Shown: positions 9,352 to 19,318 of the stretch, one piece after another
How positions within the stretch are numbered: the first letter of the stretch is position 1
Layout: each line of letters begins with the position of its first letter
Assembly (NCBI GenBank): GCA_963666315.2
Contig: CAXXHG010000011.1
Span: 1 to 57,084, forward strand
Source of the DNA: Candidatus Binatia bacterium
GTDB lineage: Bacteria > Desulfobacterota > Binatia > Bin18
Reading direction: 5' to 3'
DNA: 57,084 nucleotides
The notes under the pieces: model-generated
The model's database searches: none
What the model was told of the DNA's origin: nothing
Seen by the model: the letters and a program-made list of their open reading frames with translations, nothing else
Made by a program: the position numbers and the translations under genes

Positions 9352-10677
9352 TCAGAAGAATCGATTCTGAGGTCGAGGCAGGCCCAGATTCTCGCGCAGC
9401 GTCGGCCCTTCATATTCACGCCGAAATAGCTCTCGCCGCTGCAGTTCCGGCACCACATGATCAACAAAGTCGTCAAGCCCACCCGGCAGATACGGGAACA
9501 TGACATTGAAGCCGTCGCAGCCCTCGGCCCCCAGCCACTCCTCCATCGTATCGGCAATCAGACTAGGCGTACCGATTATTTCTAGCGTGCTGAAGCTCCC
9601 ACCCACATACTGAGCGAGTTGCCGGATGGTCATATTGTCACGCTGCGCCATCTCGACCAGTTTTTGCCGCCCGGACTGGCTGGCATTGCTCTGCGGGATC
9701 TCCGGGAGCGGCCCATCCAGGTCCAGGCTGGACACGTCATGGCCGAGCAGAATGCAGAGTGACGCCATACCACTATCCGGATGCACCAGACTGTCCAGCC
9801 GTGCCTTCTTCGCTCGCGCTTCGGCCAGAGTCTCCCCAACCACGACAAAGGCCCCAGGCAGAATCTTGAGATGCTCGCGGGAGCGGCCACAGGCCTGCAT
9901 ACGACCCTTTACCTCCGCGTAGTAGCGCTGCGCATCACTGAGAGTGTTCACGCCGGAGAACACCACCTCGGCCGTCTCGGCCGCTAGCTGGCGCCCCGCC
10001 TCCGACGCGCCGGCCTGCACAATGACGGGCCAGCCTTGTATGGGCCGGGCAATATTCAACGGCCCGCGCACGGACAGATGTGGCCCCTTATGGTCCAGCA
10101 CATGCAACTTGTCGGGGTCGAAATAGATGCCCGTATCGACATCGCGCACAAAGGCATCATCCGCCCAGCTATCCCACAGACCCGTGACCACATCGTAGAA
10201 CTCACGCGCGAGACGATAGCGTGCGTCATGTTCCATGTGTTGCTCGCGTCCAAAGTTCAACGCCTCGTCCGGATTCGCCGAGGTCACAACATTCCAGCCG
10301 GCCCGACCCCCACTGATATGGTCGAGCGAGGCGAATTTTCGCGCAACGTGATAGGGCTCGTTATACGTCGTAGAGGCGGTGGCGATCAGCCCCAGATGCT
10401 CGGTCACCGTGGCCAGCGCGGGCAGGAGCGTCAACGGGTCGAAGGACGTGACGGTGGCGCTGCGTTTGAGTGCCGCCATCGGCATATTGAGGACGGCCAA
10501 GTGGTCGGCCATGAAAAAGGCGTCAAACCGCCCGCGCTCCAGCGTTTGGACAAAGCGCTTGTAATGCGCGAAGTTGAAGTTCGCATCCGGGAACGCCCCC
10601 GGATAGCGCCAGGCAGCAGTATGAATGCTGACCGGGCGCATGAACGCGCCGAGTCGCAGTTGTCGTGAGTGAGCCAT
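9352..10677 (-). CDS. NtaA/DszA/SnaA-family FMN-dependent (LLM) monooxygenase
   Basis: FDAFFMADHL, ARKFASLDHISGGRAGWNVVTS, VIVQAGASEAG, VPELQRRELFRREYEGPTLRENLGL. Confidence 0.93.
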   Translation of the reverse strand: MAHSRQLRLGAFMRPVSIHTAAWRYPGAFPDANFNFAHYKRFVQTLERGRFDAFFMADHLAVLNMPMAALKRSATVTSFDPLTLLPALATVTEHLGLIATASTTYNEPYHVARKFASLDHISGGRAGWNVVTSANPDEALNFGREQHMEHDARYRLAREFYDVVTGLWDSWADDAFVRDVDTGIYFDPDKLHVLDHKGPHLSVRGPLNIARPIQGWPVIVQAGASEAGRQLAAETAEVVFSGVNTLSDAQRYYAEVKGRMQACGRSREHLKILPGAFVVVGETLAEARAKKARLDSLVHPDSGMASLCILLGHDVSSLDLDGPLPEIPQSNASQSGRQKLVEMAQRDNMTIRQLAQYVGGSFSTLEIIGTPSLIADTMEEWLGAEGCDGFNVMFPYLPGGLDDFVDHVVPELQRRELFRREYEGPTLRENLGLPRPQNRFF

Positions 10678-10848
10678 ACACCCTCCGTCCCGTTCCAGAA
10701 CCGAGAATCAGAGTAACAAATCGCCGGCTTATGGCCATCCCAGTCCTGTCAAATTGTTAGGCCGGTTATCAGGCCGACTTTACAGCCGGCGGTCTTATCA
10801 GCTGGTGAGCACGTGGTCTCAGCTGAGCATTATGTATATGTATACGCT

Positions 10849-11924
10849 ATGAAAGTGAGCGGTTGGCGAGCCCGGCTAAGAAAACTCATGCACCGTCTTC
10901 CAGAGCTAGTGTTGCCGTCCCCCGTCCCAGGCAATTCTTGGCAAGGGTTATATAATCGGCCTTTGTTTGATCTTGGCAATATCGGTAATGAGGGTAATCA
11001 GACTCTGCGTGGGATCTTTTCGCCCCGCTATGACCAAGAAGTCGTCGATCGTTACTTGCATACTCTGTTTTTGGAGAAAGCGCACGACTATGCCGGCAAA
11101 TACGCTGCCAGCGCGTATTTTAGCCAGCTCCTGTCGGATGTTTTTGAAAAAATAGGGCTAGCGGAGAAACAACGCTCAGGACTCCGGATCCTAGACATCG
11201 GTTCCGGCGCAGGCAATTCTATCTTCCCGCTCCTTGCGCTTTGTCATGATTCTCAGATTATTGCGAGTGATCTGAGTATTGATCTCTTGGCGCTACTCAA
11301 GAACGCACTTGCCGAAGTGGAGAATGCGGCCTCGTGTGGGTTGTTACAACTCAACGCGGAAGAACTCGATTTTATACCTGAGTCATTCGACCTCATAGTT
11401 GGAGCGGCCATCCTGCATCATCTGCTCTCTCCGGAGAAGGTGTTTGCCGGCTGTGCCCGCATCCTGAAACCAGGTGGCTGTGCCATCTTTTTTGAGCCGT
11501 TCGAGGCTGGAAATTCCATACTCTGTCTGCTGTACCGCGCTATCCTGGAGGATCCCAGAAACGTAACCTTGCCAACCGAGGTTACGACTTGCCTGCGATC
11601 CCATATCGACCAGTGCGAAATCCGCACGGGGAGAGATAAAACGCTGCCTGTATTCAACCAGCTTGATGACAAATGGCTGTTTACGCGGCATTACATTGAG
11701 AAAATAGCTGGCCATTATGGGCTCTCTGCCCAGATTTACCCCTTGCACCCGGTCGAGCAGCCCTTTACACGCCAAACCGAGGTGAATCTGCGCTTAGCCA
11801 TCGGGCAGCAACCGGAAGCACTGCCGGAATGGGCATGGAAGATAATTCAGACGCATGACCGCCATTTCTCAAAGGATTTGAAAACGACCTTCTCATCGAA
11901 GGTGGAATCATTCTCAGAAAGTAG
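10849..11924 (+). CDS. Class I SAM-dependent methyltransferase; probable 1-bp loss near the 3' end
   Basis: ILDIGSGAGN, SFDLIVGAAILHH, LKPGGCAIFFEP. Adding one A in the A-run at 11881-11884 gives KDLKNDLLIEGGIILRK* (TAG 11922-11924). As sequenced the ORF runs to 12045, into the next gene. Confidence 0.8.
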
Positions 11925-12016
11925 CCGCGTGAGGACGCCCCGACGGGGAAAGTCTTTTCCTTGTGTCTCACACGTCTGCATGGTATGGCATCGGCTCAGT
12001 ACACAAGGGGGGATGC

Positions 12017-13168
12017 ATGCCAGCGCCTGTCATTATTTCGAGTGATAGTCATATCGTTGAACCGCCGGATTTGTATACCAGGGGTATGCCGTCAAAGCTG
12101 CTCGATCGTGCGCCGCAGATTCGGCGCTACAAAACCGAGGACGGTAAAGACAGCGACGCCTGGTTCATTGGTGATATGCAAGTCGTGACCCTAGGAGCTG
12201 TTACCCAGGCGGGGAAGCGCTTTGAGGATGCCTCACAACTCGATTTCGTGACTATCTGGGAAGATGTGAGAAAAGGCGCGTATGATCCGCATGCCATGAT
12301 TGCTGAGCTGGAGCTAGACGGTATTTGGGGAGCCGTCTTGCAGCCGAGTCAGGGCTTGTTCTGGTACCATCTTGAAGACAGCGAACTCTTGTCCGGTATT
12401 TGTTACGCCTATAACAACTGGATTGCAGATTTTTGCACGACCTACCCGGGTCGATTCCGGGGCATCGGGATGATTAATGTGGATGATCCCGCTGAGGCGA
12501 GTGCCGAGCTGAAGCGCTGTGCAAAGCTGGGACTCGCTGGCGTCTTTATTCCGGTTACTCCGCTTCCGGGACAGCCCTATCGCGATCCGATGTATAATCT
12601 GCTGTGGGCAGCGGCCCAAGAGACTGCGCTCCCATTATTACTTCATCTCGCAACGCAGCGGGCGCATACGCCGGGCTGTGAGATTTCGATTAGCTTTTCA
12701 ACATTTACGCCGGCGGGATTGCGTCCAACCCAAGATTACTGGGTCCGCTATGCATTAACCGATATGATCTTTGCTGGCGTGTGTGAGCGTTATCCCGACC
12801 TCAAAGTCGGGTCCGTCGAGCACGAGATATCTTGGGCGCCGCACTGGCTGCAGCAAATGGACTTCACCTATACCAACCGCCCGGTCTATGCCAACTACAA
12901 GTCCACAGAGAACTTTCTGCCCAGCGACTATTGGCGCCGTAACATGTTTGCCGTCTTTCAGGAAGATGAGGTCGGCGTTCTGCTGCGGCACAGGATAGGC
13001 ATGGACACTATGCTCTGGGGCAATGACTTTCCGCACTCGGAATCTACTTGGCCAAAATCCATGCAGTTCCTGGACACTATGTTTGCCGACGTGCCTGCGG
13101 AAGAACGGTTGCAACTGACTCGGGATAATGCGGTGAAGCTCTTTCACTTTTCTCTTCCAGATGAATAA
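12017..13168 (+). CDS. Amidohydrolase_2 family protein
   Basis: ISSDSHIVEPPDL, AYNNWIADFC, LLLH, LWGNDFPHSESTWP, DNAVKLF; start moved to MPAPV after AAGGGGGG. Confidence 0.92.
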   Translation: MPAPVIISSDSHIVEPPDLYTRGMPSKLLDRAPQIRRYKTEDGKDSDAWFIGDMQVVTLGAVTQAGKRFEDASQLDFVTIWEDVRKGAYDPHAMIAELELDGIWGAVLQPSQGLFWYHLEDSELLSGICYAYNNWIADFCTTYPGRFRGIGMINVDDPAEASAELKRCAKLGLAGVFIPVTPLPGQPYRDPMYNLLWAAAQETALPLLLHLATQRAHTPGCEISISFSTFTPAGLRPTQDYWVRYALTDMIFAGVCERYPDLKVGSVEHEISWAPHWLQQMDFTYTNRPVYANYKSTENFLPSDYWRRNMFAVFQEDEVGVLLRHRIGMDTMLWGNDFPHSESTWPKSMQFLDTMFADVPAEERLQLTRDNAVKLFHFSLPDE

Positions 13169-13174
13169 TCCGGC

Positions 13175-13707
13175 TTGGTATGGAAATCGAGACATCTCAG
13201 AGAGGACAAAGCCGATGGTTTATCAAATGGTTTGTCAGGACGATGGTATAAGGAAACGGAACGCCCTCACCCTGGCTCGACACGCCTGGCCTGTCTGCTT
13301 GGAGTGCTGCTCATAGCTCTCCCCTTTTCTGTGCAGGCGCAAGGGATATTAGAGAATCCGGTGGCGGGAGAAGCGGCAAGCGGAATCGGCCTTGTCTCAG
13401 GCTGGTTCTGTGATGCGCAAACAATTATAGTTGTTTTCGACAGTCTTCCTCCGCTAGTGGCGGCTTATGGCACAAGTCGTACAGATACGCTGAGCGATTG
13501 TGGGGATACGAATAACGGCTTCGGCCTCCTGTTTAATTTTAGCGTGTTAGGCGACGGACCGCATACCGTGCGTGTCCTTGCCGACGGAGTCCAATTTGGG
13601 AGTGCGGCCTTTACGGTCGCCACATTTGAGACGGAGTTCTTAGAAGAAGCTGCAGGGTCGTGTACTGTTGCCGATTTCCCGAAGCCAGGCGCGTCGGAGA
13701 CGGTCAC
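13175..13707 (+). pseudogene. Secreted Ig-like protein (LENP...SGIG..SGW.C...YG..R.D...CGD.NNGF domain), 3'-truncated
   Basis: Signal peptide ...VQA-QG. The domain runs to DFPKPGASETVT, then the sequence becomes the antisense of the neighbouring carboxyltransferase. An RBS-preceded ATG at 13215 is out of frame, so the N-terminus may also be frameshifted. Confidence 0.6.
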
Positions 13708-14073
13708 ATCATCAGCGCCGACGCCAACCTTGCGGCCTTGAATTTTGCCCAGGCCCACAATTTTCCCATCTCCTGGAGTCCGCTCGGCCACTTCACTGCG
13801 TTCCGAGTGCGCCAAGGCCCCAAGCTCCATAAAGGTGCCCGGATCAAGCAGGGCCAAAATCCGTTCACGGGCCGTCATCCGCCCGCGTTGGTGTTGGGCC
13901 TCGATCTTGTCGAGCCCACCCATATGGGTGATAACGTGCTCTTTACGTTGCAGCAGCTCTTGGATGTCAGCATCTGCTGTTTGGCCTGTTGTTTGATCCG
14001 TTGACTGATACGTTGACTGGTCTTGGGCCTGAGTCGTGTGTGTCGCTGCGGTCCGTTCCGGTGTGAGTCCCAT
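13699..14073 (-). pseudogene. Acyl-CoA carboxylase beta (carboxyltransferase) subunit, N-terminal fragment only
   Basis: MGGLDKIEAQHQRGRMTARERILALLDPGTFMELG...PGDGKIVGLGKIQGRKVGVGADDVTV; homology stops at about 125 aa of a protein that is normally about 500 aa. Confidence 0.85.
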
Positions 14074-14264
14074 AGTTTCGCCTTCTTCCTTACTCACGCA
14101 GGTAGTGCCAAGTTATGCAGACCTTGTCAATCTGCAGCCGGTCTTTCTTCGCCCGTCCCGCAATAACTTGACAGCACCTGCCCAGTGCGCCAGCCTGGCC
14201 GGGCGAGGCAACCCTACACCCTCACCGATGCCCATCAAACCTCAAGAAAGGCGAGACACTATTG

Positions 14265-15428
14265 ATGCGTGAAAGTCTGCGCATGCAGGCAATTCAGTCC
14301 CCGATCATTCCGGTGGTCGCCGAGTTGATCCGCGCCAACCCCGGCACGGTTTCCCTGGGCCAGGGCGTGGCGTACTACGGCCCGCCGCCCAAGGCACTCG
14401 AAGCCGCCCGCCAGTTTCAGGCCGATCCGGACAATCATAAATACAAACTCGTCCAGGGCATCGACCCGTTGCTGGAGGTAATTAGCCTCAAACTGAGTGA
14501 GGAGAACGGCATCGCGCTGACTGACGCGCATCGCATCGTCGTGACGGCCGGGAGCAATATGGCGTTCATGAATGCCATGCTGGCGATCACCGACCCAGGC
14601 GATCAGATCATTTTGCAGCTGCCCTACTACTTCAATCATGAGATGGCGATCGGCATGGTTAATTGCGAGGCCGTGTGCGTGCCGACCGACGAGCACTACC
14701 AACTGCAACTCGGTGCTATCGCGGGCGCGATCACAGATCGCACTCGCGCCATTGTGACGGTTTCACCCAACAACCCAGCCGGTGTGGTGTATGCCGAATC
14801 GGACCTGCGCGCGGTAAACGCGCTGTGTCGTGAGGCCGGCATCTACCACATCAGCGACGAGGCGTACGAGTATTTCACCTACGACGGGGCGATACATTTT
14901 TCGCCGGGCTCGATCGAGGCCGGCAGCGAGTACACTATCTCGCTGTACTCGTTGTCCAAAGCGTACGGATTTGCGAGCTGGCGCATTGGCTGGATGGTCG
15001 CACCCCAACACCTGTATACAGCGATCAAAAAGGCCCAGGATACGATTGTGATCTGCCCGCCAGTCGTGTCGCAATACGCGGCGCTGGGCGCGATGCAAGT
15101 CGGCGCGGCCTATTGTCGCCAAAAACTCAAAGCCATGACCGCGACGCGACAGGTCGTGCACAGCGCGCTGAATAATTTGAGTGATTTGATCACCGTCCCT
15201 CGGTCCGACGGCGCGTTCTACTTCCTGATGCGGGTGCGGACAGACATGGACCCCATGACGTTGACCCAGCGGCTGATCCAAGAGCATCAGGTGGCGGTGA
15301 TTCCCAGCACAGCGTTCGGCCTGACCGATGGCTGTTATCTGCGCGTGGCGTACGGGGCGCTGAGCGAAGAGATCGCTGCCGAGGCGGTCGGACGTCTTGC
15401 ACGCGGGCTGAGGCAAATTCTGACTTAG
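14265..15428 (+). CDS. PLP-dependent aminotransferase class I/II
   Basis: SLGQG, VTAGSNMAF, SPNNPAG, ISDEAY, SLSKAYGFASWRIGW (PLP Lys). Confidence 0.93.
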   Translation: MRESLRMQAIQSPIIPVVAELIRANPGTVSLGQGVAYYGPPPKALEAARQFQADPDNHKYKLVQGIDPLLEVISLKLSEENGIALTDAHRIVVTAGSNMAFMNAMLAITDPGDQIILQLPYYFNHEMAIGMVNCEAVCVPTDEHYQLQLGAIAGAITDRTRAIVTVSPNNPAGVVYAESDLRAVNALCREAGIYHISDEAYEYFTYDGAIHFSPGSIEAGSEYTISLYSLSKAYGFASWRIGWMVAPQHLYTAIKKAQDTIVICPPVVSQYAALGAMQVGAAYCRQKLKAMTATRQVVHSALNNLSDLITVPRSDGAFYFLMRVRTDMDPMTLTQRLIQEHQVAVIPSTAFGLTDGCYLRVAYGALSEEIAAEAVGRLARGLRQILT

Positions 15429-15481
15429 TAGGCGGCCTTTCTGCGACCGTGGCTCCCCTACGTTTTCCTCCCCCCTGTGCC

Positions 15482-15610
15482 CTACCACACCACCGTCACC
15501 CCATGCTCGCGAAAAACAGGGTCTATGGTCAGAATGGGAAGACTGTTGAGTCGCGCCTGGGCGATCAGCATGCGGTCAAAGGGATCCTTATACGGACCCG
15601 GTAGGGGGTC
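15482..15610 (-). pseudogene. VapC/PIN-domain toxin C-terminal remnant
   Basis: Manual translation DPLPGPYKDPFDRMLIAQARLNSLPILTIDPVFREHGVTVVW*; in-frame stop just upstream and no start. Confidence 0.8.
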
Positions 15611-15737
15611 CGACTACTTATGAGGGAAACAGGGCCGTGCAATGCCTTCACTTTCCTGATCGTGGGTCCCTCGATGTAGAACGGAACGTGGCCCAAAGGG
15701 GAGCGGACTGCGCCACTTTGCCTGCCACACGACTAGC

Positions 15738-16631
15738 TCAGTTGTCCTGGGTGGATTGGGTGGAAAATGATTCCCAGAGTGGGGACGCAATCACTTGCGG
15801 CAAACCATCGGGGTCAAACAACTCATCCGGCAGCTCCGCATCATAGCGCACCCCACTCATCAGGAGTTCCGTACTCCCGTCCTGCTGGACATCGACCATC
15901 CGGATCCGCAGCGGCGTGGGGATCCCGTTAATGGGAGTGACGTGGTCAAAGAGTATCTTTTTCCAGAGTCTCCCAGCCCGATCATACAGCTCGCGTTCGA
16001 GCGGGAGCAGCGACTCGGTGTCAACCCAGGTGACCACGCGCGAGTAATACCACCGCTCTTTTGGGGCCTCATCAATTTTATACGCAGGAGTACCGTCATG
16101 CTCCTCCTCGCCCAGCAAGCGATATCTCCCCGGGCGGCCCACCAACCCGAGGTCTGCGTAAGTAAAATCGGTCTGTAGAAAATGCTCATAGGCATCGACG
16201 CCTATGATCCCGCGCATTCCGCCCAGTTCCGGGAAGTAGATCCACAGCATATCCTCCTGTTCTCCCTGCTCCAAAAACAAAAACGCACTCCCGCGGAGAC
16301 TATGTGGCTCCAGGATGACAAACAGGGTGCGTTTTCCGTCGGTGAACTTCTTGCGTGCCTCGCCGACGACCCACTGCGTGCTGTTGGCTTCCTTGTTCCC
16401 ACTCACAGAAATGCTGACCTTGCGGATACTCGGGCGTGCCGGCTCAAAGACGGCTTTCATCTGGGCGACAATACGTGCGACATCCGGAGACTCCGCTTGG
16501 GCCGAAGAGATTACGACACTCCCCGCAACAAGCACACTCCCCAGAGCAATATGGCACAAGAAAGCCTGTAGTCGGTGATAGTTTTTACGTATGTCCATGA
16601 GGAAAATGCAAGGGATAGAAAAAATTTGCAC
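15738..16631 (-). CDS. Outer membrane lipoprotein-sorting (LolA-like) protein
   Basis: Signal peptide (AQA-E); DMLWIYFPE...FLQTDFTYADL...YSRVVTWVD...YDRAGRLWK...LPDELF; start may be 16598. Confidence 0.85.
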   Translation of the reverse strand: MQIFSIPCIFLMDIRKNYHRLQAFLCHIALGSVLVAGSVVISSAQAESPDVARIVAQMKAVFEPARPSIRKVSISVSGNKEANSTQWVVGEARKKFTDGKRTLFVILEPHSLRGSAFLFLEQGEQEDMLWIYFPELGGMRGIIGVDAYEHFLQTDFTYADLGLVGRPGRYRLLGEEEHDGTPAYKIDEAPKERWYYSRVVTWVDTESLLPLERELYDRAGRLWKKILFDHVTPINGIPTPLRIRMVDVQQDGSTELLMSGVRYDAELPDELFDPDGLPQVIASPLWESFSTQSTQDN

Positions 16632-16899
16632 AGCTACTCCTGATTTTGAGAAAACTCATCTGGCATTGTCTTAAAGTCGAGAATCAAATACTGCAAGAAA
16701 AAAGGCGAGTGGCTAGCGCTGCCGGCTCACCGGCCGTTCGACCTACGCTGGCCGTCTACTGCGCCAGCCGGCAACGAACCCGCTCCCGAGCAACAAACGT
16801 ATGCCTTCTATGGATGAAATAGAATGGGTGAAATAGAGAGATCGCCCCTACGAAAAGGGAGAAACAAGGAGTTCTTGTAGACCGCTCCACATCAAACCG

Positions 16900-17658
16900 C
16901 TAGAGCGGCTCTTCTTCAAGCGCCACCGTAATTTGGCGGTATTTGTTTTTGCGCAGCACAGTGAACGACACCCTCTCCCCAGGCTGATAGCGCTGCATTG
17001 CCTCCGTAAATTCCTGAGCGTTGCGAATCGTCTGATCTTTGATAGCCACGATCAGATCCCCAGCTGAATGACGATTCGTATACATATCGTGGGCAATGGC
17101 CAGCGGAATCGCAAACGGGCCGGCAGGGGACATGGCCAAAACCACAATAGCCGCTTTCATCAGACCGAGACCGCTCTTCTCGGAATGGGGCGTCTTGACC
17201 CCTTCGAATCCGGCTCGGGCTGCAGGACTATTGTCAATCACGCTAAGGACGCGTACCCCTTCTGGCCCTTCCTCCGATGTTGCATACAACACACCCAGAT
17301 AGGTGCGCTTGACCGCTACGGTCTCTAGCCCGTCTGGCTCATATTGAGATTGTCCATACCATTCGGGGAATTGGTCATATGGTGCAGTCGCAGTCGTGGA
17401 CCAGTCCGCGTTAGAATCAAAGTCACCAAAATCATACGCTTGTGACCCAGGAGCAGTTTCAGCCGGGACGGAAAGCGGAGCAGCTGTATGAGGGATAGGG
17501 ATTTCTAAGACTTGGGGAGCCCCAACGCTAGGCGATTGCCTCCCCTGGGTCGGTGCAGAGACTCCGTTCTGCGCGTGGACCGGCATCGGCACCAGCCATA
17601 GGCAGGCAGCCAGACCCATGGCTATGGCGAATCGAAACCAGAGGGCACGCTCGTGCAT
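16900..17658 (-). CDS. Exported PDZ-domain protein
   Basis: Signal peptide VHA-Q; YLGV...GVRVLSVIDNSPAARAG...GDLIVAI...PGERVSFTVLR. Confidence 0.8.
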   Translation of the reverse strand: MHERALWFRFAIAMGLAACLWLVPMPVHAQNGVSAPTQGRQSPSVGAPQVLEIPIPHTAAPLSVPAETAPGSQAYDFGDFDSNADWSTTATAPYDQFPEWYGQSQYEPDGLETVAVKRTYLGVLYATSEEGPEGVRVLSVIDNSPAARAGFEGVKTPHSEKSGLGLMKAAIVVLAMSPAGPFAIPLAIAHDMYTNRHSAGDLIVAIKDQTIRNAQEFTEAMQRYQPGERVSFTVLRKNKYRQITVALEEEPL

Positions 17659-17728
17659 CGTGAAGCCTCCCTTTTTCCCGTCCTCTCCTGAGGAGGCCTA
17701 TTATCTATCTCCCTAGACCAGAACGCAA

Positions 17729-17752
17729 GCGCGGAAAGATCTTCTTCCGCGC
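17729..17752 (-). terminator. Hairpin just after the peroxiredoxin stop
   Basis: GCGCGGAA...TTCCGCGC inverted repeat; weak U-tail. Confidence 0.35.
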
Positions 17753-17755
17753 GGC

Positions 17756-18286
17756 TTAATCAAGGTTGCTCAGTTCTTGCTCAATGTCCTTCAGCGGCAA
17801 TACCTCGCCCGGGTTTTGCATCACTTTTACGTAGCGGACAATTCCCTTCTTATCTATCACCACATAGGCCCTATTGCTGAGCCGCTTCTCTTTATCAAGC
17901 CAGCCAGCATAGTTGGTGATGACCTCTGGTGCGTCAAACGCGCTCAGCAGCGGATAGTCGAGAGTCAGCTGTTCACGAAAGACCAGCTGCGAGGCAGTGT
18001 GGTTGGTACTGATGCCCAAGACAACGGCATTGAGCTGTTTTTCTTCCCGAGCCTCCTGCCCGGTTGACAGTTGAAGAGTTCAGCCAGGTGTAAAGTCAAG
18101 AATATAAAAGAGCAGCAGCACGTTCTGTTTACCTTTGAACTCTTCCAAGCAAACGGATTCGCCATTCTGAGTCGGCAGACAGAACGCTGGGGCAGGGCTT
18201 CTGACCTCAATGACGGCAAAGACAGGCCGCACCCAGAGGCTCAGCCCCACAAGAATACCCACCAGACAAGTAATGCTGCGCCGCAT
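17756..18286 (-). CDS. Exported peroxiredoxin (AhpC/TSA family), probable selenoprotein with Sec at in-frame UGA 18080-18082
   Basis: ORFs 18080-18388 and 17756-18019 are in the same frame. Read-through gives APAFCLP...NVLLLFYILDFTPG-U-TLQL...VVLGIST...LDYPLLS...RAYVVIDKKGIVRY, with the UGA exactly at the peroxidatic Cys (FTPxC) position. Confidence 0.85.
18042..18079 (-). promoter_or_regulatory. Candidate bacterial SECIS element
   Basis: After UGA: lower stem UCUUC/GAAGA, upper stem CCGGGC/GCUCGG, loop AGGAG starting 22 nt after UGA. Confidence 0.55.
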
Positions 18287-18320
18287 AATCTGTACCCACC
18301 TACGTAAATTTTGAGGACGC

Positions 18321-18800
18321 CTAGCGGACCGCATAAATGTCATAACGCACTTCCCCCCGTTCAAGAAAAGCTTGTCCGACCCCAACACACAGGCAGCGGT
18401 TCAGCCAGACATAGTCCGGATGGGAAGTATGACAGCGCGGGCTCGTTCGGATAGGGGTGCCGCTTGGTGGAAGCTCACCCTTCAAGAACTTTTGGTAGCC
18501 GTCTTCTCCCATATCAAGTACGCCGTTATAGGTCATATAAATCAGCGCTCCATCGTGAGACTCAATGGTCGCACGAACATCGAGAATCGCGACACCGTCC
18601 GTACGCACAGTCAGCCAATCCGCCCCAACCGGGCGGAGCTCGCCACGCAGCTTGGGACCCTCAACTTCTCCGCCGGTCACGTACACATTGACCCGCAATC
18701 CTTCCGGGAGGGGACCAATGATCTCGGGCGGCATCTCTAGCGTCGCTGAGTAGGAAAACAAATGCTCCATGCTGTATTCAAACATAGGCCCTCCTGTCAT
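18321..18800 (-). CDS. DUF3237 family protein
   Basis: [26 protein letters not shown]...[27 protein letters not shown]...YVWLN. Confidence 0.9.
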   Translation of the reverse strand: MTGGPMFEYSMEHLFSYSATLEMPPEIIGPLPEGLRVNVYVTGGEVEGPKLRGELRPVGADWLTVRTDGVAILDVRATIESHDGALIYMTYNGVLDMGEDGYQKFLKGELPPSGTPIRTSPRCHTSHPDYVWLNRCLCVGVGQAFLERGEVRYDIYAVR

Positions 18801-18983
18801 GCTGGAGACAAAAGCGCAACGTCACGTTAGTAGGGATGTCTCATCACCAGCAGACCTACCCTTTCCCATGTACAGCGTCAAGACAAGCGTCTGCGGGCTT
18901 GCGTTCCTTCCAGGCAGAATGCCACACTGAGGCGAGTCCGTTCATGATGTGCATGCTCTGTAAGGATGTGAAGGAGTAAGGCA

Positions 18984-19205
18984 ATGGCAAAAAAGCAATA
19001 TTGTCTGATGTGCGCCGAAGAACTCTACCAAATGAGCAACTACGGCGAGCCGGCAGACGGCAAGTGGCCGCCCATGGTTGAGCATGAAAAATATGGCACG
19101 CTGATTATTTGCCCGGAATGTGAGGCCGAGCACGTGACGTATATTGACGATACGCCCGGTCATCCGCCGGTCCGTCGCATCCGCATGCTGAAGCCGCGAG
19201 AGTAG
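18984..19205 (+). CDS. Small CxxC...CxxC (Zn-ribbon/rubredoxin-like) hypothetical protein
   Basis: AAGGAG RBS; CLMC and CPEC pairs. Confidence 0.7.
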   Translation: MAKKQYCLMCAEELYQMSNYGEPADGKWPPMVEHEKYGTLIICPECEAEHVTYIDDTPGHPPVRRIRMLKPRE

Positions 19206-19318
19206 CAGCAGGTTGGTTGAGAGAATGCGGGAAAAGACTGAGATGAAAGTCCAGTCGAGGCAGACTGTCAGTCTCGATAGTATTGACGAGAGGCCGGTCA
19301 CTCGAATGAGTCAGGCCA

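Noticed and set aside
13465-13698. C-terminal part of the 210-aa ORF 13465-14097 as a novel fusion domain
   Set aside because: It is the antisense of the + strand Ig-like gene beyond the junction.
16718-16775. TGCCGGCT...AGCCGGCA inverted repeat
   Set aside because: An 8-bp GC stem with a long loop, no U-tract and no second copy; not enough to call.
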